From Fistulifera solaris (lineage: Eukaryota): a DNA stretch of 64,000 bases. Within the stretch, counting starts at the first letter, position 1. Every line of letters starts with the position of its first letter. The notes below the pieces were generated by a model, which was not told where the DNA came from, ran no database searches, and saw only the letters and a program-made list of their open reading frames with translations. Of the stretch, positions 1 through 12,615 are shown piece by piece. Both the position numbers and the translations under genes were made by a program. The DNA lies in contig AP026124.1 in the NCBI GenBank assembly GCA_030295235.1, forward strand, positions 1,674,001 to 1,738,000, in the 5' to 3' direction.

Positions 1-52
1 CGTGTAGTTCCGAAGATAATCGAAGATTTAAATCAGCTTACGATCTGCGAAA

Positions 53-1287
53 CTATTCCTCTAGGTCGACTGGATTCACCAAAAGCTCCGAGAATGGTTT
101 GAGCTTTTCAACACCGCGGACCTCGTGATCCAATAAAGGCATGAGCGTCACGTGGAAATCATCTCCGTACAGATCGAAGCACTGACCAATGTACTTGTCT
201 TGCATTCGCTTTCGTGCCAGCATTTTGGAACAAATTTCCTGTGCTTCTTTCGGCAAACCACTTGCGTTCGCTTCGTACCACTCGGACAACTCCTCGGCAT
301 CTTTCTCGGGGAAGAGTACTTGGTTGACAACAATATTGTGCGAATCAATCCCGTACTTGGACAGCTCTTGAACCAAACGCTCTGTCTCATAAATGGACAA
401 GAATTCAGGAATGCAAACACAAACGAATGTGGTCTTTGCGGGGTCCTGGAACTGCGCGTTCACCTTGGCGATGACCGCTCTAGTTTCTTCTAATTTTCCG
501 AGCATCTGTTCTTGAGCCGCGGCCGGGTTGTTTCCCCCCGACATGAGAGCCGTGGCTTGTCCAATGAGACCCCCGAAGCGATCCTTGAGTTCCCAAACCT
601 TGGCAAAGGCCTTTTCAAGGATGGTAGGGAACGACAAAAGGCGCAAAGTGTGCCCGGTGGGTGCCGTATCAAAGACGACAACATCAAAGTCCAACTGTTG
701 TACCTGCTTCATGAGTTCCGAGAACGACATGGCTTCGTCAATCCCGGGGATGCTGTTTTGCAAGTCGCTAAACATTTGGTTGAAAATATCATTTTCATCC
801 TCGGCCGAATCGATTTCTGAGGCGACTTCCTGTGATGCGTCAATCTCCATGGCACACAGATTGTCAAAGCCATTGATGGGTGTGGGTTCTCTGCCGATTT
901 TCTGGCAAAAAGCATCCGAAAGATTGTGTGCTGGATCTGTCGAAACCAGAAGAACCTGAATGAAAGCAAGACGACGAGTTAGGCAAAAATTCTCAATGTT
1001 TCCATGCGAATTGCTCTGATTTTCCCGTACGTACCTTCTTTCGGGACATGGCGAGCTGCACACCAAGGCAGCACGACGTTGTAGTCTTACCAACTCCACC
1101 TTTTCCACCTTTCAAAATAGCAGACAATGAGTCGATCCGTCATCGTAATACATTTGACATTAAAAAATAAATGAACATGCTCGATGTTTTACTCACCCAC
1201 AAACACCCACTGAAGGGTCGTTTGGTCGATGATGTTTTTGAGGCTGGGATCCGGGAGATCGGCGTCGTCAATTTCGTTGGCTGTCAT
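53..1287 (-). CDS. GET3: ArsA/GET3 (ASNA1/TRC40) tail-anchored protein insertion ATPase, 3 exons
   Basis: Spliced reading MTANEIDD...WVFVG|GKGGVGKTTTSC...|VLLVSTDPAHNLSDAF; also PGIDEAMSF, FDTAPTGHTLR and CIPEFLSIYETERL motifs. GT-AG introns at about 1196-1109 and 1034-956. Confidence 0.95.
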
Positions 1288-1762
1288 GTTTTTACAAGCT
1301 GAAAAGAAGTTACGATTTTGTTTGTTGTTAGCATTCACAACGCCCTGCTTTCGAGTGTTGTTGCTCCTCGCTCACGATGCTGATCGAACGATGAATAAAA
1401 TACAACCGTTAAAAAATACACATGAAAAGCCATAATAGTAGTCATGACCAGGGTCCAGAGTGTAGGATCTGTTTGTGGTCCGAATTGTTCGTGACTCCCC
1501 TGACGACGGAGTTCTCGTGACTGAAAGGCTATCCTCTACTCCACGTGGATCTGCCTCGCGACTCCTCGTGGTCTCGCGGCTTGTCGGCTTTTTTGCTGCC
1601 AATAATCTCGTCTTCGCCAATTGCTGTGTTAAGCAGAGTCAAATTAACCTTGACAGAGCAGTAAGCTCCGTCTTACAATTCACTGACCGCGTTAAAGGTG
1701 CAATTGTCGTACTCCTTTCAATGGAGCGACAATCGCCGATCAAGCAATACGAAAACTCGAAA

Positions 1763-2818
1763 ATGAGACGAGGCTCTCTACTGCACGTCTTTTTCAATTA
1801 CATCTTATTTTCGCCCTTGTGGATTTTTGTAAACGCGAAAGCAGATGCACCTCGCCGGACGTTTCAACACAGAATACACATCTCTCGATCATCAGAAGCG
1901 ACGGCAACAAGAGTCTCGTCTCGTCAAAGCGTATCAAAGTCATCGCTGAATATTTTGTTTTCACTACCACGAGGAGGTTCCACAGCCACGAAAGACAACC
2001 TCGATGCGTATTATTTACAACAACAGCTATATTTACAAAGTCGATCGCTTCAGCTGCGACAAGCGCTCATTCAGCGTGGTATCTTGGAATTTCAGCACTC
2101 CGAATCGAGTCAAGTCGCCCAAAATGTAGACTGGGACTGCGCCTTGGCTACAGCCGAAAACCCCAAGTCGTGTCTTTTTTCATTCGATGCAGAGGAAGGC
2201 TGCAAAGTCATTGCGCCGATTGATACGCAACAATGGATTACATTATCTGCTCTCAATCGGCTTCGTCGCAATGATCCGACGAAAGTAGAACCTCTGTGGC
2301 ATTCTCAATACAATATCTTGCAAACATGGTTCCACCCCAACAAGAGTCCCTACTCTCTTTACACGCACCTGTCACCGGTAGGCACCTTTCTTTCTTGTCT
2401 CTTGGATGCGCCTCTTTTGCTCGGCGCAACCATAATCCTCGCATGCACTTTTCTTTTTCTTGCTACGTTTCCTTTCTGGGAATGGCTTATCAAAAGGATT
2501 TTGACAAGTCACATCATGTGGATTAATTATCACCAGTGGGCTCGTTTTACGCGTGCTGCTCTGCCTCTGAAACTTCTTTTGGGTCAGATGGCCTGGAAAG
2601 GTCTGGCAAATGTGTTTGGTCAGATCTACGGCAAAATCCGGACTTATTTGGTAGAGATTGAGTGTCAACAACTGGAGCAAGCGATTCCGTTAACTATTGT
2701 GGAGGGTACCAGTGGAGGTGCGGACGCAGACGAAGAGGACGACGATGACGAGTTCGACGGTAATGATAGCGACGAGGATGATGCCGCATCGGATGATGAC
2801 GAAGACAAAGATCTATAG
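1763..2818 (+). CDS. Hypothetical secretory-pathway membrane protein with an acidic C-terminal tail
   Basis: Open frame from MRRGSLL with a signal-peptide-like hydrophobic stretch, an LPRGG motif, a hydrophobic segment LLLGATIILACTFLFLATF and a D/E-rich tail. Confidence 0.7.
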   Translation: MRRGSLLHVFFNYILFSPLWIFVNAKADAPRRTFQHRIHISRSSEATATRVSSRQSVSKSSLNILFSLPRGGSTATKDNLDAYYLQQQLYLQSRSLQLRQALIQRGILEFQHSESSQVAQNVDWDCALATAENPKSCLFSFDAEEGCKVIAPIDTQQWITLSALNRLRRNDPTKVEPLWHSQYNILQTWFHPNKSPYSLYTHLSPVGTFLSCLLDAPLLLGATIILACTFLFLATFPFWEWLIKRILTSHIMWINYHQWARFTRAALPLKLLLGQMAWKGLANVFGQIYGKIRTYLVEIECQQLEQAIPLTIVEGTSGGADADEEDDDDEFDGNDSDEDDAASDDDEDKDL

Positions 2819-2867
2819 TCAATGCAAAAATAGAAACGTGTTACGAAGTATTCCATTCCTACTTGTA

Positions 2868-4542
2868 TTATCCTAGCCAAGCTACTAATTCGTCATGACG
2901 CGGCACATGACTTAGATCGCTTCCAACTGACGCCAAGCAAGGAGGCTTCTCAAGTGCCTTTGAAGCAACTTGCCTCAAATCTTCTTTCGTTACCGCGTCA
3001 ATCTTCTTACAGGTCACGTTCATGTTTTCTCGTTGCCCATACGTCAATACCTGTCGCCCCATGTCTTCAAAAAGTACCAGTCGAGACTCCAATTGCGTCA
3101 AGACGTTGCATTTTAGCATGTTTCGCGCACGATCCAGCTCTTCGTCGCTAACATGATTGACTGCCAACTGCGCCAAGTGGTGCGTAAAAACTTGTACCAT
3201 GTTACGGGCGTTTTCTGGCATCGTCGAGCCTGAAATCCCCCAGATGCCTGATTCGCTGTGAAAAGCAGTGTAGGCTTCCGCGCTCTCTGCCCAACCAAAC
3301 TGGTTCAAAACTCTGCGATATAGGCGACTGTACATGCCTTTACCCGGTCCTCCTGCAGAAAATGAGGAACCTCCGCCCAGCAGCGTCTGTAACACACAAG
3401 TAGCAACTAATGCGTCAGAATGCCACCCTCCAACTTCAAACCCTACGCCTATGCGCACAAGACCATCGACCGTAGGGCTTTCAACTCGTTTTTCACCTCC
3501 TTGATACTGGGATGGTTTTACAATGCTTCGTCCCTCGTCCTTTTGCTTCAAATGTCCAAACAATTCATCTGCTTTTTTTAACCAAAAAGTCGTGTCGAAC
3601 ACCAGCTCCACCTATCACCAAGCCTTTTGGATTCTGAACGAATTGGCGCTGCCAGTAGCCGTGAACTGTGTCGGCAGATAGTTCAGCTAGTGCTTCTGCG
3701 GGGCAGAAATGCGGTTGACCTAACTGTTGATTCGCCCCATAAGCTGCTTCTTGCAATGCCTCGCCAAGCAACAACTCTGGCATCATATCCATGGCTTGAA
3801 ATCCAAGTGCCATCTTGGCATCTTCTACTTCCTCTGGCAAAACTTTGCTTCCAGCAGGACCTCCCTTAACAAATCCAGCGCATTCTCTATGTTAGGTCGC
3901 AACAAATCAATACAGTGCAAGGACTGTTCCCGACCAGTCGACACAAAGCGTTGACCTCCCCAATCCTGCAACAAAGTGTTCACTTGGGGTCCCATGTACT
4001 TTTTCGTAGCCCCGAAGGCTAAAACTTCCAGCAAATTCGTCACCCCAGTCTCACCAGCACGTTCGAGGCGACTCCCCACCTCACACACGGCACCAATCGT
4101 GCTGACTTGACCATACGTTTCTTGCGACACAACCCGAATGCCATTATCCAGTGTAGTTACTAAAGTTTCAGGAACTTCCAATTGATCAGCCGGGAAATTA
4201 GGGGGGAATGGAGGCGGGGACTTCGTTCGTAATCGCATAAGCTGAACTAAGTTTTGTGTTCAGTGTTTTACGCTGTTCCGATCGGATCTGTTCGATCTGC
4301 TGCGGAGTTAATGCTTGCGCATCATCGAAACGATCCTCTGACAACCGAGCTGAGCGTTGCCATGAGCGAGGGTTTTTCTCGACTTCCTTAGCTTTTGTGC
4401 GTGTGATCTCTGGAGGTTCTTTCGCTAAAGGGTATTCATACACACTGTAAGAGCTTGTACAACGCTTCGATCGAAGAACCGGGGCCACAAAAGGCCGACG
4501 CCTCGCAAGATTACGAAAGGCCACGAGGCTGTAAGAAGCCAT
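2868..4542 (-). CDS. PMPCA: Mitochondrial processing peptidase alpha subunit (M16 family), with 3 apparent homopolymer frameshifts
   Basis: Arg-rich presequence; TTLDNGIRVVSQ...VGSRLE; glycine-rich loop LLGGGSSFSAGGPGKGMYSRLY; LESRLVLFEDMGRQVL. Four ORF pieces join at about 4203, 3840 and 3575. Confidence 0.92.
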
Positions 4543-4860
4543 AGCAAGCCAGCAGAATGTCGAGGTTTATGCGATTCAGTCTAACACAAAACGGACGACT
4601 TTCAAATCATCATGATCAGCGAAAGATTTTGCCTGGAGTTGAACGGAGGATAAACCCGCCAAATAGTTGGTTACGAGAGACGGATGGACAGGGCAGATGT
4701 ACTGTTCCGGTACTGGTACCCGTGAAGAAATAATTTAAAAGACGCCTTCGGAGGAGAGATGGTACCTGGTAGGTCTAAATCGCAGAATGAATAAAGAAGT
4801 GTATTGTAAATGCTGCAAAAGGTAACTGCATACTACATACTATTGACAACTAAATAAGCT

Positions 4861-5976
4861 AACAAGCTTGTATAACGGACGAAGATTTATAGGTAGCACT
4901 CTCTAGCTAGAGAGAGAGTCGGGAAAAAATCGATTGATTCATGACTGAAAAGCAGTCGCGGATAAAGGTTGTATACACATTCGGCTAGAGTAAAGTCGGA
5001 AGTCAATGTTGATTGACAAGTTTTATCGACGTTACAAATCGCTTGGTATACAGCAAGTGCTGTCTGGAGTAAATGGACCTTAATACAAAACAAAGAATCT
5101 TGACAAGTTTGCAGAACGGATGAAAGTTAGGTAGCAGTCTGGTTCGAAAGAGTATTGATTCATGACACAAATCCAGTCGTGGTAATGGTGATAGAACACT
5201 TCAGTCATCTAGCTAGAAAATACGGAAGACAACGAATCACAAGTTTTATCGAAGTTACGAGTTGATACTTGTATTTCAATTACTGCCTCAAAGATTTGAC
5301 AGTAATGAAAGCCACTTTGATCTCGACAAGCTTGCAGAACAGATGAATGTCAGATAGCAGTCTGGCTCGGAAGAATATTGATTCACTACTCAAATGCAGT
5401 CGTGTCGAAAAACGGACGACACTTTCGGCGCATAGTAAATACGGAAGAAAACAAGTCACAAGTTTTGTCGACGTTACGAATCGTTTCTCGCAATTCCGGA
5501 AAATCTGGAAGACTTCTCGGTGATACAGAAATTCTGTGGATGGTCCAGAAATTCTGGACCGTCGGTGTTTGGGTCATACCTGGTACAGAGGAATCTTTGG
5601 AGGTTCCACAAATTCTGGAATCGATGTTTTGGGTCATAGATAAGATCTTTGGAAGTTCCAAATAATCTGGAATCGTTTTTTTGTCGTTCAGAAATTCTGA
5701 GGACATTCCGGAAAATCTGGAAGACTTCTCGGTCATGCAGAAATTCTGTGGATGGTCCAGAAATTCTGGACCATCGGTGTTTGGGTCATACCTGGTACAG
5801 AGGAATCTTTGGAGGTTCCAGAAATTCTGGAATCGATGTTTTGGGTATAGCTGGATTGTAAATTGTACGTAGTAACTAAAACCAATTTGTCCTGACAAGC
5901 ATACAGGACGGATGAAGGTTAAGAAGCAGTATGGCTCGGCAGAATACTTGTTCATGACTGGAATCCAGTCGTGGTA
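4861..5976. repeat. Degenerate ~223-bp tandem repeat (about 3.5 units) interrupted by a minisatellite block
   Basis: The anchor (G/A)ACAAG..(T/G)CAGAACGGATGAA...GCAGTCTGG...TTGATTCATGAC...CAGTCGTG recurs at 4861, 5102, 5325 and 5894. Confidence 0.75.
5492..5850. repeat. Near-identical direct duplication (212-bp period) built of CAGAAATTCTG(G) subrepeats
   Basis: TTCCGGAAAATCTGGAAGACTTCTCGG...GAATCGATGTTTTGGGT starts at 5494 and again at 5706. Confidence 0.9.
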
Positions 5977-6229
5977 AATTACATTGTGAGTAAGACTAAT
6001 ACCAAAGAACGAGGTGAAATAGTTGCGTTGCTCACAAATAACCTCGGTTCCTCGATGTATGACGGATGATTCCAAATGGCCGACGCAAATACTAGATCTT
6101 ATTAAAGCTTCAATTGAAACGAGGCTAAAAATGGATCTTCCATGCAAATGACTTGACATGAATAATTAACTATACACTCCGTATTACTTAATCCTCCCAA
6201 AATCGCTAGAACAACAAGTAAATCGGCAT

Positions 6230-8320
6230 TTATTCTTGAGTCCTTGCAGCTGTGCTCTTGGTTAAGCTGCACAAATTATTTAATATGGCATGGTATCGTC
6301 TCATACCGCTATCGAGCGAGGTAGACCCCGGATTTTTCAAATGAAAACTCACGCTTGATCGTGATATCTGACCCAAACCTTCTTTCCATGCTATGCCATG
6401 CTGTTCGACAAGCTTCTTCCAGTCTTGAGCGGGTTTCTCTTTGTTCCAGGCAGCATGCTGGTCAGCATTCCACGTGTGATATCGAGTCTCATTGTGATCA
6501 TCATTCGTATCGGTGCAGAGTACACCAGCTGATCGAAAGCAGGATGATACAAGCCTATCCTCATAAGAAGCTCTCCAATGCGGCATACATGTTGGATGAT
6601 TGAACAGCTCTTCCACTAAAAGTTTCAATGCGGCACTGTTTACTGTATATCCGGATCCACCATTGCAGTACCGTCGCTTCTTGAGCGCGAGAGAACCACC
6701 AATAGCAAGGGCATTGTATCATCCCAAGGTCCCTTCCACGACCCAGTTGCTGCAGTAAAACGCAAATTCTCAGGAATGAGATAATGATCGTCCCCACCAA
6801 TATGAAACAGATCAAAATCGTTCAAATAATGATCGTATGCATATTGAAACATAGCTCTCACTTTCATCCACATATTATCATATATTTCCGGACCCTCATG
6901 CAACAAATGAACGGCCCCAATCGACTTGTCGGTTAGATTCGACGCCGCAAAGAAACCATCACATCGAGGGGCCCATGTCTCTGCAATTGCTTGTAAGCGA
7001 AAATGCCCATTCGATTGCGTGTAAACCATACAAAGGACCCGTTTCTGGTTCTGGTGTGCTGTTGCGATTTCGATCTTTCTCAGCCCTTGGTATCCGTATT
7101 TTCCTTCGTCTCCTTCCCCAAAGGGATCTCACACACCCCTTTCGATTCTCCAGATACATGGTAGTTGAAAGGATGCGGGTGGTTCTTGATGTAATAAGGG
7201 TCATGGACGTATCCAGGATTACCGTGCTCATCTACAGCACCTAAAACTTTGTTCCAAAACTTATGACACGCTCCATGAAGAATCGAATGAACCCTGATGA
7301 GAGATAGCACTATATCAGAAGGCTTTTGTGACTGTGTTGCCCAATCCTCCCACGCACTCGGCAACGCTATTTCCGAGTATCGCCTTAAGTGCGCCCATTT
7401 TTCTTGTCGGTCGCGGGTTTTGTTGGGACGAAGACACGAAACGGGCACTCCCAAAAGACAGGATGATATCCAATTTTGAACAGCCAAAAAGTTATCACCT
7501 TGCCTTACCTGGGAGCAGTGTTGGAGTAGCCTCGCAGTCGGTTGATTGCCAGCACGTGGACTGTCGCAGCCGGGTGCTTTCATTGGGTCAGTCCCAAACA
7601 GATCTCGATATTCTTTGTTTGTTTCGGCATTATGAAGGATCCAGCTTTGTAAGACAACAGGATGGTCATGATTGGAGACCTGGTTGGATTGCAAGATGTA
7701 GAAGAAATTCTCGGGAACAAAGTAGGACCGATGCGGATCCATCCAATGAAACCACCGGTACTGACTCAATTCCGAAATAAAAACAAAAACAGCTTGTAAT
7801 CCGTCAGTTGTTACGGGGATATGAATTTGGTGAAGATTGTCGTCTGAATATTGAGATAAAGGAGCGTTCTCGTTCGCCATGTAAACTTGTAAGAAACCAT
7901 CACATTGCCCTTGGAGTGTTTGGAAAGAAAGTCATCCGTTTCTTTGATATCGGCAATCCAAACGCAAAGAAGCGGATTCTCGGTCGTTTTTAATGATCGC
8001 GTTTTCTGAAAGAAATAGTGCAATCGGTAAAGCACTTGATATCCCATTCTCCCGCCTTCTTCTGTTCCTTCCCCTGGGAGGACCGAACATACCTCAGGAA
8101 GATGCGTTTCCCATGGAGACAGCGTCTGGTTGCTAGCGGCTCCCAAACTAGATGATAAACTGGATATTTCATGCCGATTTCGAACTGTTTCCGGAATGAA
8201 AGATAAAGCAGTTTCCGAGGAGTCGGTGCTTCGAATAGCGCGACCATTCAAGAGAAAGGCAATGCTCGTCCACGCCAAGAACACGATGAGACAACTCAAT
8301 TTGAGGCGCGGAGACGTCAT
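6230..8320 (-). CDS. GT31-family (C1GALT1/core-1 beta-1,3-galactosyltransferase-like) type II membrane glycosyltransferase, frameshifted in the assembly
   Basis: N-terminal TM (LSCLIVFLAWTSIAFLL); AIAETWAPRCDGFFAASN, NMWMKVRAMFQYAYDHYLNDFDLFHIGGDDHYLIPENLR, EDRLVSSCF and SVSFH motifs spread over consecutive ORF pieces. Confidence 0.8.
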
Positions 8321-8855
8321 TCTTCTCGCATCCTTTCGTTTCGCCGACTAGATACTAGGGATAATGCGTGATTATGGTGCTACTTGATTTTTGAGTGAAA
8401 TTTCAGATACAATGACAACATCGTGATTGAGGAGCAAGTACAAGAGGTGCAAGGGGAAGCGAACTAACGATGACCGACGCTGGAGCGAGTTTTATCGATC
8501 TTTTTTTCTTTTTGCGCGACAGCCCATTGCGCCAAAGCGAGCCAACGCAGAGAGTACTAAGTGGAAAAAGTACATCAGCAGAAGGTGATTACGAACGTTA
8601 AATTTATTTAACAAAAATAACGGCTAAATGTATTCTTTTTTACTAAAGTGAACCGGCCGGCGCTTCTACCTTTTCTGCGTTCGAAAAATCACGCGAGATG
8701 CATGATTGAACGCAACGCAACATGTTGGTTATTTATTGACGATTTTTCGAGAACAGCAAGCCAGAATTGAAAAGAATTAAATATATCAATTAAGTGGGCT
8801 GGACGTGTATTCGCTTCTCGACAATCCTCGCGTCAAACACAAAAAAGAAACGAAT

Positions 8856-11800
8856 ATGGTGAAATTTACCGGCAGGTCCGACAAGGCACCTCTCTTGTCG
8901 AGCTCGTCTTCCATCGTTTCTTCCGATGATCGGCGACACAATACACCGGTGCTTTCTTCCGGAGACCATAAAGGTGGCTTTATAAAACTCTTTGCGAGGC
9001 ATCGTCCCATAACGCCGACGAGTAAGCCTCTCACGACAAAGACCAGGAAAACTGTCGATACGCGCTCTTTGGTCGTTGAGACAGAATCTTCCAAAAAGAC
9101 TGTACCCGCTACCAAAAGAACGAAAAACAGTCTTCGTCCACAGCCTCTACAAGAAAACAAAAAAGATTCGCGACGCAAACAGAGACCTCGCAAGGATGCG
9201 ACAAAGTCCGATCCGCCTGTCGCCGCGGGTGACCTAACGGCAGTGATTTCACAGGGCGATTGTACAACAGGATGCTCTCATACCATAGCGACAACGCAGT
9301 CGGATACCGGAGGCCATGATCTGCAGACATTTCATTCGTTGGGTGGCTCCATTTCCCAGGAGGATCACGAATATTGTTCCTTTCCGGCTTCGTTTGACGC
9401 AGCAGAAAATGGCGACGAAGTGCAACATCTGTCGCCGCTGTCTTCCAACCGCTCTTCGGGTAAACAATTTACCAGCGACGCATCTCAGGGTTCTCCCGGT
9501 AAATCAGCAAAAGTGCAGCAAACGGGTTCGATGAATGGCAGCGTAGCGGAATGCCCCGAAATTATAATGTCGACGGAAGTTTCTTCTTCGGTCAACGAGA
9601 CTCCGCCGTCGGTTTCTCGCTCGGTTCCTACGGTTTGTTCCAGAGATGCTGAGCAAGAATCAACTTCACACAAGAAAGAAATTATAAGGAGCGAGAAGGA
9701 CACTTTAGAAAGTAGTCCACCCTCTTCTCCAAAAGGAAAGCCGAAATTACATTTACAAGAAGGTAGCAATCGAACTCGGAAAATTGTCGCGACCGTGAGC
9801 ACCTCGCCAGTCAACGACACTCTTCACGTTCCAGACAACAAATCTTCCCAACCCAACTTACCTGTGCGAACGAAGCGTCCTTTGAGCAAAACGAAAGCAC
9901 TGTTGTCACGACCCTTTGGGCGCTCTTCACTTCCCCCCTGAGATTATTCGCAAGTGGGTCGTGGAAGTGAGTCCAGCAGAATGGGATGCCGACGAAAGCG
10001 AATGGAAATATCGACTACTGATTCAAAGCCGGCATGTCAACAAAGAACGAAAGAATGACCTCATGTTTCCTTATCAGCAATCGTTCACGACGGCGTTCAC
10101 ATGGAGATCGATCGCTGACTTTTTCTGGCTAGAGGAGTCACTGCAACAGGAGTATCAAGGTGGGCTGTTGCTGCCAGATCTAAGTAAAGCTCTTCGCGGT
10201 CCAATCAACGGTAACATTCGGGAAACTCCGGTCGAGGCAGAAAAACTAAGAAACTGGTTAAGTGATGTTTTGAATGGCATACGAGGACAGGGAGAACTTC
10301 TCATGGACTATGAAGCCGAGGGGATTCTTGGGTCCGAGAGTATGGAAGCATTTCTGTACCGAAGTTCGGGGCCCACTTCGCTCACTCGTTCCCCCGACCC
10401 AAAGTCACCAACTCTTTCGCCTGATCGGACTTCAGCGACCTCCTTCATTGAGCATCTGTTCTCTCCAAGTGGTATTTTAAGTCCTTTTACAGCTTGCGCG
10501 GGAACAACTAGTGGCCATGGAGACATGTCAAAGAATAGACGCGCTGGTCTACTTAAACAAATCGATGCTATTTCATGCCAGTCTAGCGCCTTGGAAGTCG
10601 ACCGGTCGTTTGATCAACAAGAATCATTCTTGGATAGTGACCCGGTCGTCCGGGAATGTCCGACGTTTTACATTATGTTCATTGAAGCGGAGCAAGCCTT
10701 GCTTCGGAATTATTTGGCCACGGCCCATCGGACAACGCAAAAGTTGAATAATTTAATTGACGAGGAAGAGAAGGCTGGATATGCTTGGAGCGTCTTTGTT
10801 CAAAGTCTCGTTATGCTATTTGCCTTTGAGAAGGAATTCGAAAGCTCTCATATCGCTGATTTTAAGCTCAGACCAGAGAAAGTACCATTCTGTCAAGTTG
10901 AAAAGATTTGGTCGAACAGAGTCTTGAAGCTTTTACGAAAGCCAAAGTTGATCGCGTGCTTCCTGCGTTAAATGTATTCGGCGCTATGCTCCGAGCGTTT
11001 GTCGACGATTTAGAATCCATTGATCCAGCCTGCAAGGCGTTCGCGGATGCGCGAATAGATCTGATGAAAATTCCGCAGGCACATGATCGCCCTGCATCGC
11101 AGACATGGGAAGATAAAATAAAGGATATGGCGTCACGATCGTTCGGTTCTCATATAGCCGAAGAAAAGCAACTGGAGATGCAGCTACAGAATGAAGTAGA
11201 GAAGAATCGATTACTCAAGAATGAGAAACTTTTATACAGATCATTGACGACGTTTTGTCGCGGTGTTCCCATACGTTCGTCTCGGATGGCCTGGCGCTAT
11301 TTGAATACAGAAGCGACTCAATGTGCCGCAATGTATGCTGCATCTGTCGCGCTACGTAAGAGCTTAACAGTTGGCGAAAAGACGGCTTCAAAAACGGTCG
11401 CTCGTCAAGTTCAGCAAGAAAGACAGGATTTTGAAGCAGAGATAGGTCTCGTAATGAAGATTATTGATCTTTCGCCAAAAGGATTGAGTAGTTACGACGG
11501 AAAGAGACTCTTGAAATTAGCTCACGAACGCGCTGGAAAATGGGATCTAGCTCTAGCTAAAGTACTTCTCGAAGCAGTTGGGTTTGCTGACGTGGAAATA
11601 CAGCTGCCAGAACTCTCTCGAGACCTTGAATCGGTTTGCAAGTACGCATGTGGCTTACGTGACAATTTGGACCGCTGCATTCTTTCTTTACATCAACTTC
11701 GGAAGGCGTGCGTTGGTAGACTACAGGTCAACAAACAGAAAGGCCCTTTGGAGACTGCCAGAAATGAGTTTTTCAGTGAGCTTGCCAACCTGTTCAGTGG

Positions 11801-12533
11801 AACTTTTGTCAATGTCGACAAACGATATTCAGAGCAACGAAAACAAGTTCTCAGCCAGGCTGGGGTAGATACAAGCGACCCTTTTCAATGGAAAAGATTA
11901 TGTCCGTCATCCCAGCAAAACGGGAGGGCAACATTCACACAGGGAAGTGCAGCTGATCTTATTAATGCGTACTTCGTCGAACGCGATTCTAAAACTGGAT
12001 GGATTTTTGACCAGCTGGCCCAGCTCTTACAAGACTATTCCAAACAAGTCGAAGTGATCGAGAGTTTCGTCTACATGAATTATGTTGGAACTAAATTAGA
12101 GAGCTTTTTAAAGTCTAAACGGGCGGAGATGCTGGTCGCTTTTGAGAAAAAGACGGACGTAACAGCGGCAATCAACGTCGCCATGAAGAAGAGACTTCCT
12201 CACCTCGTATCCGAGTTACAAGTAAAGCTAGGCGGATTCGGCTCGGACGTCTCGCAGACTAAACTGAAAGAGATGAAGGCATCTCATCTTGCTAGCAAAG
12301 AGATCAAAGCGGAGTTGCATGAGCTTGCAGTGAGGCGTTTAGTTCGTTCTCGAGAAGCGTCGACCGAGAAAGTTATTTCGCTAATTGGGTGTCTTTCCAG
12401 AGAAATTGAAATCACTTCGACACAGGAACTAAAAGCAATAGGAGAAGCAATGGCAGTGCTCGAACGAAGTATTGACAAAGAAGATTTTGATACAGTTGTT
12501 TACAAACTTTCGAAGAAAAGTCTGAAGGCTTAA
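8856..12533 (+). CDS. Large PX-domain-like (sorting nexin-like) protein with a disordered N-terminus and helical C-terminus; frameshifts at about 9935 and 10907
   Basis: WRSIADFFWLEESLQQEYQGGLLLPDL resembles the PX RRYSDF.WL...L.....G..LP motif. Three overlapping ORFs lie on the same strand. Confidence 0.6.
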
Positions 12534-12615
12534 ATGACATAAAGCATAATGGTATCATGTGTGATTACTTTTAGTTTAAAAACATGTAAGTGTGGTGATT
12601 ATAGCAATAAATTCT

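Noticed and set aside
1475..1762. Upstream extension of the 447-aa ORF and the many short antisense ORFs in the track
   Set aside because: Non-ATG starts or shadows of real genes on the opposite strand, with no coding features.
5386..6159. 257-aa minus-strand ORF
   Set aside because: It runs through the tandem repeats, shows no recognizable domain, and is probably a by-product of repeat composition.
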